DNA of 64,000 nt from Bacteroidota bacterium. GTDB taxonomy: Bacteria > Bacteroidota > Bacteroidia > Chitinophagales > Saprospiraceae. The position numbers and the translations under genes were made by a program. The stretch spans positions 1,244-65,243 of the forward strand of contig CAUJDW010000044.1 of assembly GCA_963169455.1 (NCBI GenBank), read 5' to 3'. Of the stretch, positions 20,634 to 31,000 are shown piece after piece (positions within the stretch are counted from its first letter, which is position 1; each line of letters opens with the position of its first letter). A model generated the notes under the pieces. That model was not told the DNA's origin. It saw only the letters and a program-made list of their open reading frames with translations, and did not search any database.

Positions 20634-22259
20634 ATGCAGACCGACGTGCCTAAAATTTTTCTTCTCCTGATTGCGCTCCTTTTCGCCGCCGCCCTGCCTG
20701 CCCAGTTTATCCTGAACGGCGACGCGGTGGCGGTGAACGACTCCTGTTACCGCCTTACCGAAGCAGTCAACGGCAGGGCCGGCTCCATCTGGAATCCCAC
20801 CAAAATTAACCTCAACCAGTCATTCGAAGTGGTGATGGACATCTTTCTGGGTTGCGAAGACGCGCTGGGCGCCGACGGCATCGTCTTCGGCTTTCAACCC
20901 CTGAGCACTTCGCTGGGCGGCGCCGGGGGCGGCATCGGCTTCGCCGGCGTAACCCCCTCGCTGGGCATCGAGTTCGACACCTGGCAGAATACCGATTTGC
21001 TCGACCCCGCCTACGACCATATTGCCGTTATGCGGGACGGCAATATCTTTCATACCGGCGCCGGCAACCTGGCAGGGCCGGTACAGGCCAGCCCGAACAC
21101 CGCCAATGTGGAGGATTGCCGATTTCACAGCCTTCGGGTCAGCTGGGACGCGGCAGCCAAACTGCTATCGGTCTATTTCGACTGTGCCCTGCGCCTGGCT
21201 TATACCGGCGACATCGTCAACGACATCTTCGGCGGCGACCCCCTCGTTTTCTGGGGGTTCACCTCCGCTACCGGCGGCGCCAACAACCTGCACCAGGTTT
21301 GCTTCAGTTACACCACTTTTCAGGACAAACTGCCGGATGTGGTGCTCTGTCCGGGCGGGCAGGTGCACCTCCAGGCCCGGGGCGGCGTCCTCTACAACTG
21401 GGCTCCCCCCGAGGGCCTGAGCAACCCCGGCATCCCCAACCCCGTCGCTTCACCAACACAAACAACGGAATACGTCGTCACCGTGCGCGATGCCTGCGGC
21501 ATTCCATTCTACGACAGCGTCCGGGTGGAAGTGGCCGGCGATTCGGTCTTTTTCAACCTGGGCCCCCCGGACACCGCCATCTGCCAGGGGCAAACGCTTT
21601 TGCTGGACGCAACCAGCAGCAGCGCCGCCTATCGCTGGAGTAACGGCGCCCAGACGCCAACCCTCACCGTTGAAGCAGGCTTCTATTCGGTAACGGTCAC
21701 CAAAACCGACACCTTCTGCATCGCCGACGACCAGATATACATCAGCACCATTCCCATTCCCCGCCTGAACCTGGGCCCCGACACGGCCCTCTGCGAAGGG
21801 CAATCCATCCTGCTGCGATCGGATTTCACCTTTGGAGAATTCCGCTGGCAGGACGGCTCCACAGCCGATTCGCTGCGCGCGGCCCGCCCGGGCCTGTATG
21901 AACTGGCGGTTTCCAACGAGTGCGGAACCGCTACTGATGTCGTAAGGGTGGATATCGAAAGCTGCCGCGAAGCCTTCTTCCCCAACGCCTTTTCCCCCAA
22001 CGATGACGGCCGCAACGACCGCTTCTATGTGCAGGATGGCGGCGACGTGGAGCGCATCCTCCTGCTGCGCATCTTCAGCCGCTGGGGTAACCTCCTGTTC
22101 GAGGCCAGAGACATCCTGCCCAATGAGGCCGGCCGGGGTTGGGACGGGCGGTTCAACGGGGAGCCGCTGAACCCGGATATTTACGTGTATTACGCGGAAA
22201 TCGCTTTTAGGGATGGGGTGGTGGAAGGCCGGAAGGGGGAAGTATTGTTGGTGCGGTGA
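20634..22259 (+). CDS. L-type-lectin-like domain protein with T9SS type-B (gliding-motility-associated) C-terminal domain
   Basis: N-terminal lectin-like segments RAGSIWNPTKINL...DGIVFGF...GIEFDTWQN. C-terminal FFPNAFSPNDDGRNDRFYV...DIYVYY pattern. Confidence 0.8.
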   Translation: MQTDVPKIFLLLIALLFAAALPAQFILNGDAVAVNDSCYRLTEAVNGRAGSIWNPTKINLNQSFEVVMDIFLGCEDALGADGIVFGFQPLSTSLGGAGGGIGFAGVTPSLGIEFDTWQNTDLLDPAYDHIAVMRDGNIFHTGAGNLAGPVQASPNTANVEDCRFHSLRVSWDAAAKLLSVYFDCALRLAYTGDIVNDIFGGDPLVFWGFTSATGGANNLHQVCFSYTTFQDKLPDVVLCPGGQVHLQARGGVLYNWAPPEGLSNPGIPNPVASPTQTTEYVVTVRDACGIPFYDSVRVEVAGDSVFFNLGPPDTAICQGQTLLLDATSSSAAYRWSNGAQTPTLTVEAGFYSVTVTKTDTFCIADDQIYISTIPIPRLNLGPDTALCEGQSILLRSDFTFGEFRWQDGSTADSLRAARPGLYELAVSNECGTATDVVRVDIESCREAFFPNAFSPNDDGRNDRFYVQDGGDVERILLLRIFSRWGNLLFEARDILPNEAGRGWDGRFNGEPLNPDIYVYYAEIAFRDGVVEGRKGEVLLVR

Positions 22260-22363
22260 ATGGTTTTGGGGGAAGAGGATTAATTACAGTTTCACAAAAG
22301 GGAACACGCAACCGGGAAAGCAGTTATTCCCGTTGTTGAAAAAAGAACCCCTGTACAGGCCCC

Positions 22364-25300
22364 CTAAACAACCGGCAACTCCACAAAAAAATCCGTCCCC
22401 TCACCCGCTTTCGTTTCAAAGTAGATCGTCCCTCCAGCGGCCTCGACCATGCCTTTGCACATGGCCAGCCCGAGGCCCATGCCCGATGACTTGGTCGTAA
22501 AATTGGGCTGGAATACCCTGGGCTGCACTTCCTCCGGAATGCCGCTGCCGTTGTCCGACACGCTGATCATGGCGGCGCCGTTTTCCTGGTAAAGCCGGAT
22601 ATCTATTTGCCCGCGCCTCCCCTCCGGGATGGCCTGCTGGGCGTTTTTGATGAGATTGGTCAGCACCCGCACCAGATGGCCCCGGTCGGCAAAAACGTAA
22701 ATAGGCTGTTCGGGAAGGTGAAGCCGGATATCCTCCGCCTGGTCATGGTGCTCTGTGAAGAGCTGATAAACGGAGGCAACGACTTCGGTCAACAGCAACT
22801 GTTCATTGTTCGCCTTTGACATTCTGGCAAAATCGGAAAACTCGGAAGCGATGCGCGCCAGCCCGTCGATCTGCTCCACCAGCATTCTGGATACCCGCTC
22901 GATCATGCCGCGGGCGCGTTCGGGGTCGGTGCGCTGGGTTTGCTCGAGGTACTGGATGTGGAGCTTCATGGGCGTCAGCGGGTTTTTGATCTCGTGGGCA
23001 ACCTGTTTGGCCATTTCCCGCCAGGCGCCTTCCCGTTCCGACTGCCGCAGGGCTTCGGTGCGCTCTTCCAGGGTGATGGCCATCTGGTTATATGCTGCAA
23101 TGAGTTTGCCGATCTCGTCCTGGCGCTCCCATTCCAGGGCTTCGTTTTTTCCGAGTTTAAAACTGCGCAGCTTTTCTCCAATGACGGCAAGGGGCCTGGT
23201 GATGGAATTGGCCACGGCTATGGCGGTCGCTCCTGCGATGAGCAACAAAAACACATAGAGGTTCAGCAGGGCGCCGATAAACCCGAGTACCTGCTGCTGG
23301 CCGCTGCCGCCGGAAAAATAGGGGATTTGGAGAAAATAGGCAGGCTGGCCGCTGCTGCCGGGTACGGCCAGATAAGCGGATAAAAAAGAAAGCCCGCCCA
23401 ACTGCTCGTAGGCCACGGCAGGTTTGAAGTTGTTTTGCCGGAATGCCGCCAGGATGGCCGGGCTGATGCGCGTTGCCCGGAGTTTTTCCTCAAACAGGAA
23501 AGGCGCCGAACCGCCCTTCAGTTGGCCGTCCAAACCATACAGCAGGATGTCAGCATCCTGTACTTCGGCCAGTTGGGCCAGCCGGACGGTGGTGTCGCCC
23601 CGTATGCCCTGCATTTGCAGGTTGCGGGCCAGGGCGGACACGGTTTCGGAAAGTTGCTCCTGATGCAGGCTGGCGAAAAGGTTTTGAAAATAACCCACCG
23701 TGATGAGCCCTATGAGCAGAAAAGCTCCGAGTGAAAGCCCGATAATGGAAAGCTGGATGCGCCGCCTTAGGGAATGGCTGCCCCAGAAAAGCACCCCCGG
23801 CGTGTCCGGCAGGAAGCGCAGCCGCCGGTTTGCGCCGAGCACCAGCAGGGCCAGCACCGTCAGCAGGGCGAAGAAGTAGGAGAACAGGGAAAGCGGCTTG
23901 ATGTATCCGCCCAGTTCTTCCTTGACGAGGATGTCGTAGCCCTCTGCCGGCCGGTAGTACAGGAGGGCTCTCTGGCTGTTGAGCTGTTCCCGCCAGCCTT
24001 GGCCTTGCGGCCAGTTTTCCTGCGCCAGCCAGGCCCGATCGAACTGCCCCCGCTGGGGAACGGCCAGGCTTTTGTGGAAAACGAGGTAGTCTAAACCAAA
24101 CCTGTGTTGCACACCTTCAGGGATCAGTGACTGGAAAACCCGTTCACTCTTCCTGGGGTTGGGCCGGAAAGCGGCCAGCATCGGCCCGGGGTTCCCGGCT
24201 ACCCCCGGCCCAGGATTATGGTATATGCCGTACCAGAAAAAACCCTTGTTGGGCGGCAGCGTTCTGGCAAGCCAGGGAGCGTGGCTGGCAGTATCTTCTT
24301 CCTTCCGCTCCCGATCCATCTGGGCTTCGATTTCCCGGAAGGCAGGATGAGCGGGAAGCAGCAAATCCATCTGGTAGTTTTTCTGCAGGTAGGGGAAATC
24401 TGCCAGCTTCAATTGAAATGCCGCCACGACGAAGGCATCTGCTGTTTCCTCAGTGGGGAACTGCCGAAACTGGCTGTCCCGTGAGAGGGCGGCCGCCAGT
24501 TTTGACAATTGGCCCAGGGCCAGGCTGTCCTGTGCTTCCGCCAGTTCCCCGGCGAACTGCAGGCGTTGCCGGCGGTTGTCGTCGAGGCTGAATTTAAAGA
24601 GAAAGACGGCGCCAAAGGCTGCCAGCACCGCCAGCCACAAAGTAAACCAGGCCAGGCCGGGCTGCCCCCGGTCGGTGAACAGGTCCAACAGCACCAGGAA
24701 CAGCAGGGCCATCAGCAGAAAGGGGAGCAGGCCCATCGGCGCACTGACAGCGGCCGTACAATGGGCCAGCACTATGGCCAACAGGGCAAAAGCCTGGGCA
24801 AGCAGGCGCTGGCCGGCGGAGAGCTCCATCCGGTTTATTCCCCTGCCAAGCCAAAGGCTCGCCAGCAACAAACAGAAGAGGAACAGTGCAAGGCTGGCCA
24901 CTCCTGTGAAACTCAGAAGCCCCAGGTTGAAAACATTGCGGAAATCAAACCGCAGCCCCGACTCCAGAACCAAGCTCTCCGCCACGCGGCTCAGCGCGAG
25001 CAAGGACACCACAATGCCGGAATACGCCAGCCCCGCCAGCGATATTTTCGCCGGCCTGGATTGTTCCCGCGCCCGGGGCGCTTTCAGGTGGCGCTGGGCA
25101 AAACTCAACAGGTAGAATGCCATCAGGCTGCTCACAGCCAGTTGGGCCAGGTTGCCCCATGCCGCCGGGGTACGGAAAAGCCCTTCCAGATAGCCCGCCC
25201 CGGAAAAGGAAATCTGCCCCGCCATCCGGCTGATCGCAGCCGAGCCGGCCAGGGCCAGCGCCAGCCCGGCAAAGGGATGTAAGCAGGAGGATAACCAATG

Positions 25301-25918
25301 CCCCCCCCGTTCCAGTAAGAAGAGCAGGCCTGCCGCGGCAAGCGCATACAGCAAAAAAAGCGGCCATTGCAATACTCCGGGGATCGCCGGGCCGGGGGAA
25401 AGGTAAAAGCGCACTGTTCCCGAGGCATCGTGCACGGGATATGGGGTTGGGGCCTGGCTGATGCGCAGGCCATCGGGAAGGAGGCCTTGCAGCGGCATGG
25501 CGGCTATTGCGAGCAGATCATCCTTGGAAACCCGCCCTTTCAGAAGGTAATACCCGGACGGAGAGCGGTACAGGGCCGTGGCGCCCCGCTGCAGGCTGTC
25601 CAGCAGCGATAAAGCCGGCCCCAGCCTGTCCTCCGTCCAGAAAAGGAGGCGCTCTTCCCGGAACAGCAGGAATTTGGTGCTTTCCTGCAACAGCAGTCCT
25701 GCTTTTGGATGGGCAAAGCCTTTGCCGCTCAGGCCTGCCCAAAGGCTGTCCTGCCCGAGCCAGGCTTCCGCCCGCTGCGCTTCCCTGAGGAAGGAAGCCT
25801 CGGCCCTGCCGGCCAGCCATTTCATGGGGTGCTGGGATGCGATGTAGGCATTCGCCAGCAACAGCAGCAGAATAGCTCCTCCGGCAGCCAGGCTCCAAAA
25901 TAACCGGCGCCTTTTCAT
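22364..25918 (-). CDS. Large multi-pass membrane sensor histidine kinase (HAMP, HisKA, HATPase_c)
   Basis: HAMP ITRPLAVIGEKLRSF...IGKLIAAYNQM, H-box VAHEIKNPLTPM, N/G boxes NLIKNAQQA and DNGSGIP...GMGLGL. Start ATG 25918 (MKRRRLFWSLAAGG). The ORF-track extension to 26116 runs into rnpB. Confidence 0.85.
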   Translation of the reverse strand: MKRRRLFWSLAAGGAILLLLLANAYIASQHPMKWLAGRAEASFLREAQRAEAWLGQDSLWAGLSGKGFAHPKAGLLLQESTKFLLFREERLLFWTEDRLGPALSLLDSLQRGATALYRSPSGYYLLKGRVSKDDLLAIAAMPLQGLLPDGLRISQAPTPYPVHDASGTVRFYLSPGPAIPGVLQWPLFLLYALAAAGLLFLLERGGHWLSSCLHPFAGLALALAGSAAISRMAGQISFSGAGYLEGLFRTPAAWGNLAQLAVSSLMAFYLLSFAQRHLKAPRAREQSRPAKISLAGLAYSGIVVSLLALSRVAESLVLESGLRFDFRNVFNLGLLSFTGVASLALFLFCLLLASLWLGRGINRMELSAGQRLLAQAFALLAIVLAHCTAAVSAPMGLLPFLLMALLFLVLLDLFTDRGQPGLAWFTLWLAVLAAFGAVFLFKFSLDDNRRQRLQFAGELAEAQDSLALGQLSKLAAALSRDSQFRQFPTEETADAFVVAAFQLKLADFPYLQKNYQMDLLLPAHPAFREIEAQMDRERKEEDTASHAPWLARTLPPNKGFFWYGIYHNPGPGVAGNPGPMLAAFRPNPRKSERVFQSLIPEGVQHRFGLDYLVFHKSLAVPQRGQFDRAWLAQENWPQGQGWREQLNSQRALLYYRPAEGYDILVKEELGGYIKPLSLFSYFFALLTVLALLVLGANRRLRFLPDTPGVLFWGSHSLRRRIQLSIIGLSLGAFLLIGLITVGYFQNLFASLHQEQLSETVSALARNLQMQGIRGDTTVRLAQLAEVQDADILLYGLDGQLKGGSAPFLFEEKLRATRISPAILAAFRQNNFKPAVAYEQLGGLSFLSAYLAVPGSSGQPAYFLQIPYFSGGSGQQQVLGFIGALLNLYVFLLLIAGATAIAVANSITRPLAVIGEKLRSFKLGKNEALEWERQDEIGKLIAAYNQMAITLEERTEALRQSEREGAWREMAKQVAHEIKNPLTPMKLHIQYLEQTQRTDPERARGMIERVSRMLVEQIDGLARIASEFSDFARMSKANNEQLLLTEVVASVYQLFTEHHDQAEDIRLHLPEQPIYVFADRGHLVRVLTNLIKNAQQAIPEGRRGQIDIRLYQENGAAMISVSDNGSGIPEEVQPRVFQPNFTTKSSGMGLGLAMCKGMVEAAGGTIYFETKAGEGTDFFVELPVV

Positions 25919-26036
25919 ATCCGGGCTTTTACGGAAATTCAGCTTCGGGGTTCCCTTTTGGCTGCCGAATTTTTGCCCGGAACTTTTATGCCAGGTTTGC
26001 CGTTGCCAAAACGGGGGAAAGCCGTATCTTTCCTTT

Positions 26037-26521
26037 CTGCTGCAGGCTGCTCTATCGCGGCTCCGCCCCAGGGGCGGGGATGAGGAAAGTCCGGACAACG
26101 TAGAGCGCCACGCCACCTAACGGGTGGGCCGTCTCTCCGGAGATGGACAGAAAGTGCCACAGAAAACGAGACTGCCGACGTCTTTGCGGGTGAAAGCGGG
26201 CTTTGCCCGCCGGAGCTTCAGCGAAGGCGGGTAAAGGTGAAAACGTGCGGTAAGAGCGCACGCTCCGCCGCAGCAATGCGGAGGAGGGGTAAACCTCGTG
26301 GGTTGAAATGCCATGTACACCCCGATTCTGCCGGACTGCGGGCCTTCGGCCCGCCGGAAGGCCGTGCTGGGTTGCTCGCTCAGTTCCTCCTCCGGGAGGT
26401 ATTCGGGGGGGGTAGGCAGATCGAGCCCGCCGGTGACGGCGGGCCTGGATAAATGATAGAGGCCGCGTGAGGGCTCAGCCTTCTTTCGCGGAACAGAATC
26501 CGGCTTACAGGCCTGCAGCAG
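26037..26521 (+). ncRNA. rnpB: RNase P RNA, bacterial type A
   Basis: Universal motifs GAGGAAAGTCCGGAC, ACAGAAAACGAGAC, GGTAAAGGTGAAAACGTGCGGTAAGAGCGCAC, GGTAAACC, GGGTAGGCAGATCGAGCC and ACAGAATCCGGCTTAC. P1 pairing is CTGCTGCAGGC (26037-26047) with GCCTGCAGCAG (26511-26521). Confidence 0.92.
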
Positions 26522-26530
26522 AAAAAAAAC

Positions 26531-26559
26531 AAGAGGCAGTGGATTTTCCACTGCCTCTT
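26531..26559. terminator. Bidirectional terminator hairpin between rnpB and porV
   Basis: AAGAGGCAGTGGA-TTT-TCCACTGCCTCTT is flanked by an A-run upstream and a T-run downstream. Confidence 0.65.
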
Positions 26560-26598
26560 TCTTTTAGTGCTTATTACCGGGGAATTACCCCATATATC

Positions 26599-27828
26599 TT
26601 ATTCGCCCGCTTCGAAGGCGCCGAAGTCGAACAGCAGCGAGAAACGCAGCGTGTTGTCCAGCGGGTTGCGCTGGTTGGTCGTCGGCACCAGGTACGAGAA
26701 ATTCAGGCCGAAGATGTTGTATTTCAGGCCCAGGCCCACCGTAAAGAACTTGCGGCCGCCTTTCTGGGAGTGCTCGTTGTAGTAGCCGGCGCGCACCGCG
26801 AACTGCTGGTCGTACCAGTATTCCACCCCGAAGGAGTACATCAGTTCCTTGAGCTCCTCGCTGAAGCCGTCGGGAGCGTCGCTGAAAGAGTTGAAGATGC
26901 CTGTGATGGACGATTGCTCGCGGTAGTCAAAGATGCCGTTGTTGTCGGCGTCGATGCAGGTTTCCGCCTGGCAGGGCGTCGGCACCATCAGCTTGTTGAT
27001 ATCGGTGGCGAAGGTGATCTGGTTGTATTCGTCGAGGTCAACCTTCCAGGCGGCGCCCAGCCCGAAGTTGGCGGGCAGGTAGTCGCGGAAAAGGGAATTG
27101 GTATAGGTGATCTTGGAACCTATATTGGTCAGCGCCAGGCCGAGGGTGAGCTCCGACTCGGCGTTTTCCAGGTCGATGGGGGTGCGGTAGGTCAGCGATA
27201 CGTCGGCAGCGCCGGCAATGCCCGGCTCGATCGTTTCGCCGCCTTCCACCTGCTGCCCGGCGGCCAGGTTGGAGAAGATGAACTTGGCGGTCAGGGCGGC
27301 CGAGAAGTTGTCCGTCAGCTTGCGGGCATAGGCGGCCGCAACCTCAAATTCGTTGGGCCGGCCGATGGCAAGGGGTTCGCCGTTCTGGTCTGTGAACTGA
27401 ATGCTGCCCAGCGAGAAATACCGCAGCCCGAAACCGATGGCCTGAAGGTCATCCAGCTTGTAATAGCCCGAGAGGTAGGCCAGGTAAACGTCATTCAGCC
27501 CCAGCGCGCGCAACCATGGGGTATAAGTGGCGGAAACGGCCAGCCCCTCCTCGGCGAAAACAATCTTCGAAGCATTGAAGTGGATGGCGTTGGGGTCGGG
27601 AGAAATCCCGATGCCGGCATCGCCCATTGCGCCGGAACGGGCATCACCCACGATGCGGAGAAACGGCACCGCCGATACGACCGTGTTGACGCAGGGCGAG
27701 CCGTCCAGGTTGATCAGCGGGCTGTTCGGGTCACTGGGGTCTTGCCGCGTACATTGCGCTTGTGTTTGGGTAGCCAGGCCGGCAAGCACCAGCAAGGTTA
27801 TGGCAGCTTTAGTTAAGATTTTCATCAT
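26599..27828 (-). CDS. porV: T9SS outer-membrane protein PorV (LptO)
   Basis: N-terminal hallmark SAVPFLRIVGDARSGAMGDAGIGISPDPNAIHFNASKI, a beta-barrel-like alternating pattern, and a position immediately downstream of porU. Start ATG 27828 or 27825. Confidence 0.88.
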   Translation of the reverse strand: MMKILTKAAITLLVLAGLATQTQAQCTRQDPSDPNSPLINLDGSPCVNTVVSAVPFLRIVGDARSGAMGDAGIGISPDPNAIHFNASKIVFAEEGLAVSATYTPWLRALGLNDVYLAYLSGYYKLDDLQAIGFGLRYFSLGSIQFTDQNGEPLAIGRPNEFEVAAAYARKLTDNFSAALTAKFIFSNLAAGQQVEGGETIEPGIAGAADVSLTYRTPIDLENAESELTLGLALTNIGSKITYTNSLFRDYLPANFGLGAAWKVDLDEYNQITFATDINKLMVPTPCQAETCIDADNNGIFDYREQSSITGIFNSFSDAPDGFSEELKELMYSFGVEYWYDQQFAVRAGYYNEHSQKGGRKFFTVGLGLKYNIFGLNFSYLVPTTNQRNPLDNTLRFSLLFDFGAFEAGE

Positions 27829-27857
27829 GAGATCCTTTCTTTTAACCAAAAGTTTTG

Positions 27858-27886
27858 CAAATATACTATTTGAATTCGAATTCAAA
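27858..27886 (-). promoter_or_regulatory. Bacteroidetes sigma-A type promoter for porV (-33 TTTG / 17 nt / -7 TATATTTG), overlapping a perfect 18-bp palindrome
   Basis: The minus strand reads TTTGAATTCGAATTCAAATAGTATATTTG. The -7 box ends 30 nt before ATG 27828. TTTGAATTCGAATTCAAA (27869-27886) is a perfect palindrome. Confidence 0.5.
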
Positions 27887-28028
27887 CCTTTCTCTGGTTG
27901 GCCGGGTGGTGGGCGCAGTGGCGTAAGGATTGTACGAAAAGCCGGAAATTTGGTTTCACCAACCTGCCGAATACAGGCTCTCCGGAACCTCCTTTCTCAG
28001 CTTTTATCAATACGCAAAATCCGGTTTC

Positions 28029-31000
28029 TTATTTTAAAATGACCAATTTTTCAAAACCGCTTTCCCCGCTCAGCACCACATTGCCGGTATTTGCGGCCCG
28101 CACCTTTACCTTGTACAGATATACCCCGCGCCCGAGCCGGCCGCCGTAATCATCGCGGCCGTCCCATTCGATGCAGTCATCCCGCCGAAGGGCGCCGTCA
28201 CTGAACATATTGGCCTGAATGGTCTTGACAAGCCTGCCCGAGATGGTGAATATCTGCACCATCACTTCCAGGTCCTGGTTCGCCAGGTTGTGGTCGAACT
28301 GGAAACAGGTGTAGTCGGTGAAAGGGTTGGGATAGTTGAGCACGTGCTCGAGGGCGACTTCCTCGGATTCGGCCACCACGAACTCGGTGTACCCTTCGGC
28401 CGAGTTGTTGGCCACGTCCCAGGCTTTTACCCGGATGTTGTGCCGCCCTTCCGGCAGAGCCGACAGGGGATAGCGCACCCTGCCTCTGGTGTAGTCGTCC
28501 AGTTCCGATTCGTAAAAGTCGTTGAGCAGGTAGGTGTTCTGGGTATTGCCGTTGAGCACACCCTCGAGGTCGTGCCCGATGCTGTTGCCCACGACGTTGA
28601 TCCCGTTGTCATCTTCAAGAACGGCGAGCAAGGTAGGGCTGGCGTTGGTAATCCCGCCAAAGACGAAATCTTCGGTATTCATATACACCTCGACTTTCGG
28701 GCCCCTGTCATCTGCCAGGGCATTGGGGTCGGTGCCGCCGATGATGATGTTTTCATAGCTTCCTGCGGCGTCTTCCAGGGTTGTTTCGTCGGCAGCATAG
28801 TAGCTTATCTTGCCCGGGCCAAACTGGTAGTTGATGTCCCTCGGCACCACAAAAGTGAAGCGGAAGCGGCCATTGGTGACCGATGCCCGCCCACGGAACA
28901 ATACGTTTTTCTGGATGCGGTAGTTGTAAACCTTATTGGAGCCCTGCCCCAGGGTGGCCACCTGCTGCGCCTTATCGAAAATAGTGGGATAGAGAATGCC
29001 GTTGAAGCCGGACAGCAGGCTGCCGTCCAGCGCCTGTATTTCCCCTTCGATAGTTACTCGTTGCAGTGCGCGAAGGGTATCGGGCTGGAGCGGGCTGACT
29101 GCTTCGCTGTCGATATGGGTGGTGGCCACCTTGTATTTCGGCAGGGCAATTTTCATGGAAGGGTCGCCTATCAGGGCGAATTTGCGCGAGTTGTTGATGT
29201 TGAAGTTGCCGCTGACATCGTTTTTGCCGCGTTGGAAAGCTTCACCGATGGTGGGCACCTCGCTGTTGTTGCTGCGGACGAACATGTAGTCCAGCGCATT
29301 TTCGGTCATGCGTACATTGGATGAGGCATAAACGGCCCGCACGGTGGTCATCAGGGCAATGGCGCCGCCCTTCCGGGTGAGGAAAGCTTCCTCGCCGGCT
29401 GTGGTGAAGGTGGGGTCATCATACCCGGTGAAGGAGCAGGTGGCCGTTATGAAGATGGGCATCTGGTCGTAATTGCTCCACCCCAGGATGTCGGTAATAT
29501 TGAGCACGCGCTCCTGAGCCCAGCCTTTGGGGCCTCCGTGGCCGAGATAGGTAACGGCCAGCGCTCCCTTGAAGATGGATTTGTTGAGTTGCTCGGTAGC
29601 CAGCGGAATGCGCTCGCCGCCGGGCGTGGATTCCTGCGGGAAAGCGTCCAGGTATATTTTTTCGAGGTTGAGCTGGCGAATGGTGTCGTTCAGCGCCTCG
29701 GCAATTTCGTCGGCATCTTCGTAGTGGTCGATATCCGAAAAACCCGGGCTGCGGTCGTTGTCGTCGCCAACGAAGATGAGGCGGTTGCGCCAGTCGCCCA
29801 GCACCTCTTTGCTGCTGTCGTAGTGGATGATCTTATCCACTGCGGCGGCCGCCTCTTCCTGGGTTTTCACCGGCAGGCGGCCGACGGCGATGCTGAGGTT
29901 GCCGTCGAGGGGGTCGTTGGGGTTCTGCGAATCCAGGAGGGTGAAGTAATCATCACTGGGATAAGCCTCCACGGGGTTGTAGGATTCCTTCTGGTAGGTG
30001 GGGATGAAATTGCCGCCAAGGCCGTAGATGTCGCGGGCGTCGAAGGTTCCGTCGCCAAAAAGGAGGAGGTGCCGGAATCGCTCGTTGCGCTGGTAGAGCA
30101 TCCGGGCGAAATCCCGGATGGCGGTGGGGTCACTTTTGCCGGAAGCGAATTCGTTGAAAACCTGCCCGATCTCTACGATTTCCACCGTCATGCCGTCGTG
30201 CTCGGCGCGGTGCCGGGCCAGGCGCAGGGCTTCCTGCTCAAAATCGCGGTGGTAGATGATCAGCAGGTCGATATCGTCAATGGCATGGATGTTCTGGTTA
30301 GGGGCTTTGCCCCTTGCTTCGGCCGTCAGCAGTTCGCCGGAGGGGTAAAAAGCGATGAACTCGCGCAGCAGCTCAGTGTTGGCACGAAAGCTCAGCTGCT
30401 GCCCGTTCCGTTCCACCGGCGCCTGCACCGGGCTGAGCGGGTCGGTGATATCCCACACGGCGAGGTTTTGGGCGGCTCCTTCCAGGCGGAACGTTGCGGC
30501 CGGGAAGGCGAGCGTGCGCCGGTCGCGGAAAGCCATCTGGGCGCCTTCCATCCGCAGGGCCCGCCGCACGTTGAGCTGTAGGTAATCCAGCCAGCCTTCG
30601 CTCTCATCGCCGGGGCCCTGGGGGTGGGGATAACGCACGGAAAAACTCACGCTGGAGTTGTTTAGAAGCACCGTGTCGAGCAGTATTGCCCGGCTGGCGT
30701 AAGAGCGGGTATTGTCTTCGCTGCTGCCGATCGAAGATACCGAGCTGGCGCTGCTGCTTTCGGCCGTTTGCCCGGCGATATCCACGATGAAGCGGGAGCT
30801 CACCCGCGCCCGCAGCGCCATGGAGGCCCGCAGGCGCGCGGGCTCATCGGTTAGCAGGTTGGGAAAAGAAAAAGCGCCATTGTAATTGTACTGCCGCGCC
30901 ACCTTGAAATGGTCGCCATACCAGCTTTGGCCGGAGCCCTGCGCCTTATCCCACTCGTACAGGAGGTTCACTTTGTCATCCTCCAGCCGGGCATAGTCGT

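Noticed and set aside
25919-26551. The 5' extension of the sensor-kinase ORF to 26116, plus ORFs at 26052-26276(-), 26117-26551(-) and 26237-26452(+).
   Set aside because: They overlap the confidently identified RNase P RNA. The kinase has a proper ATG and a signal/TM-like N-terminus at 25918.
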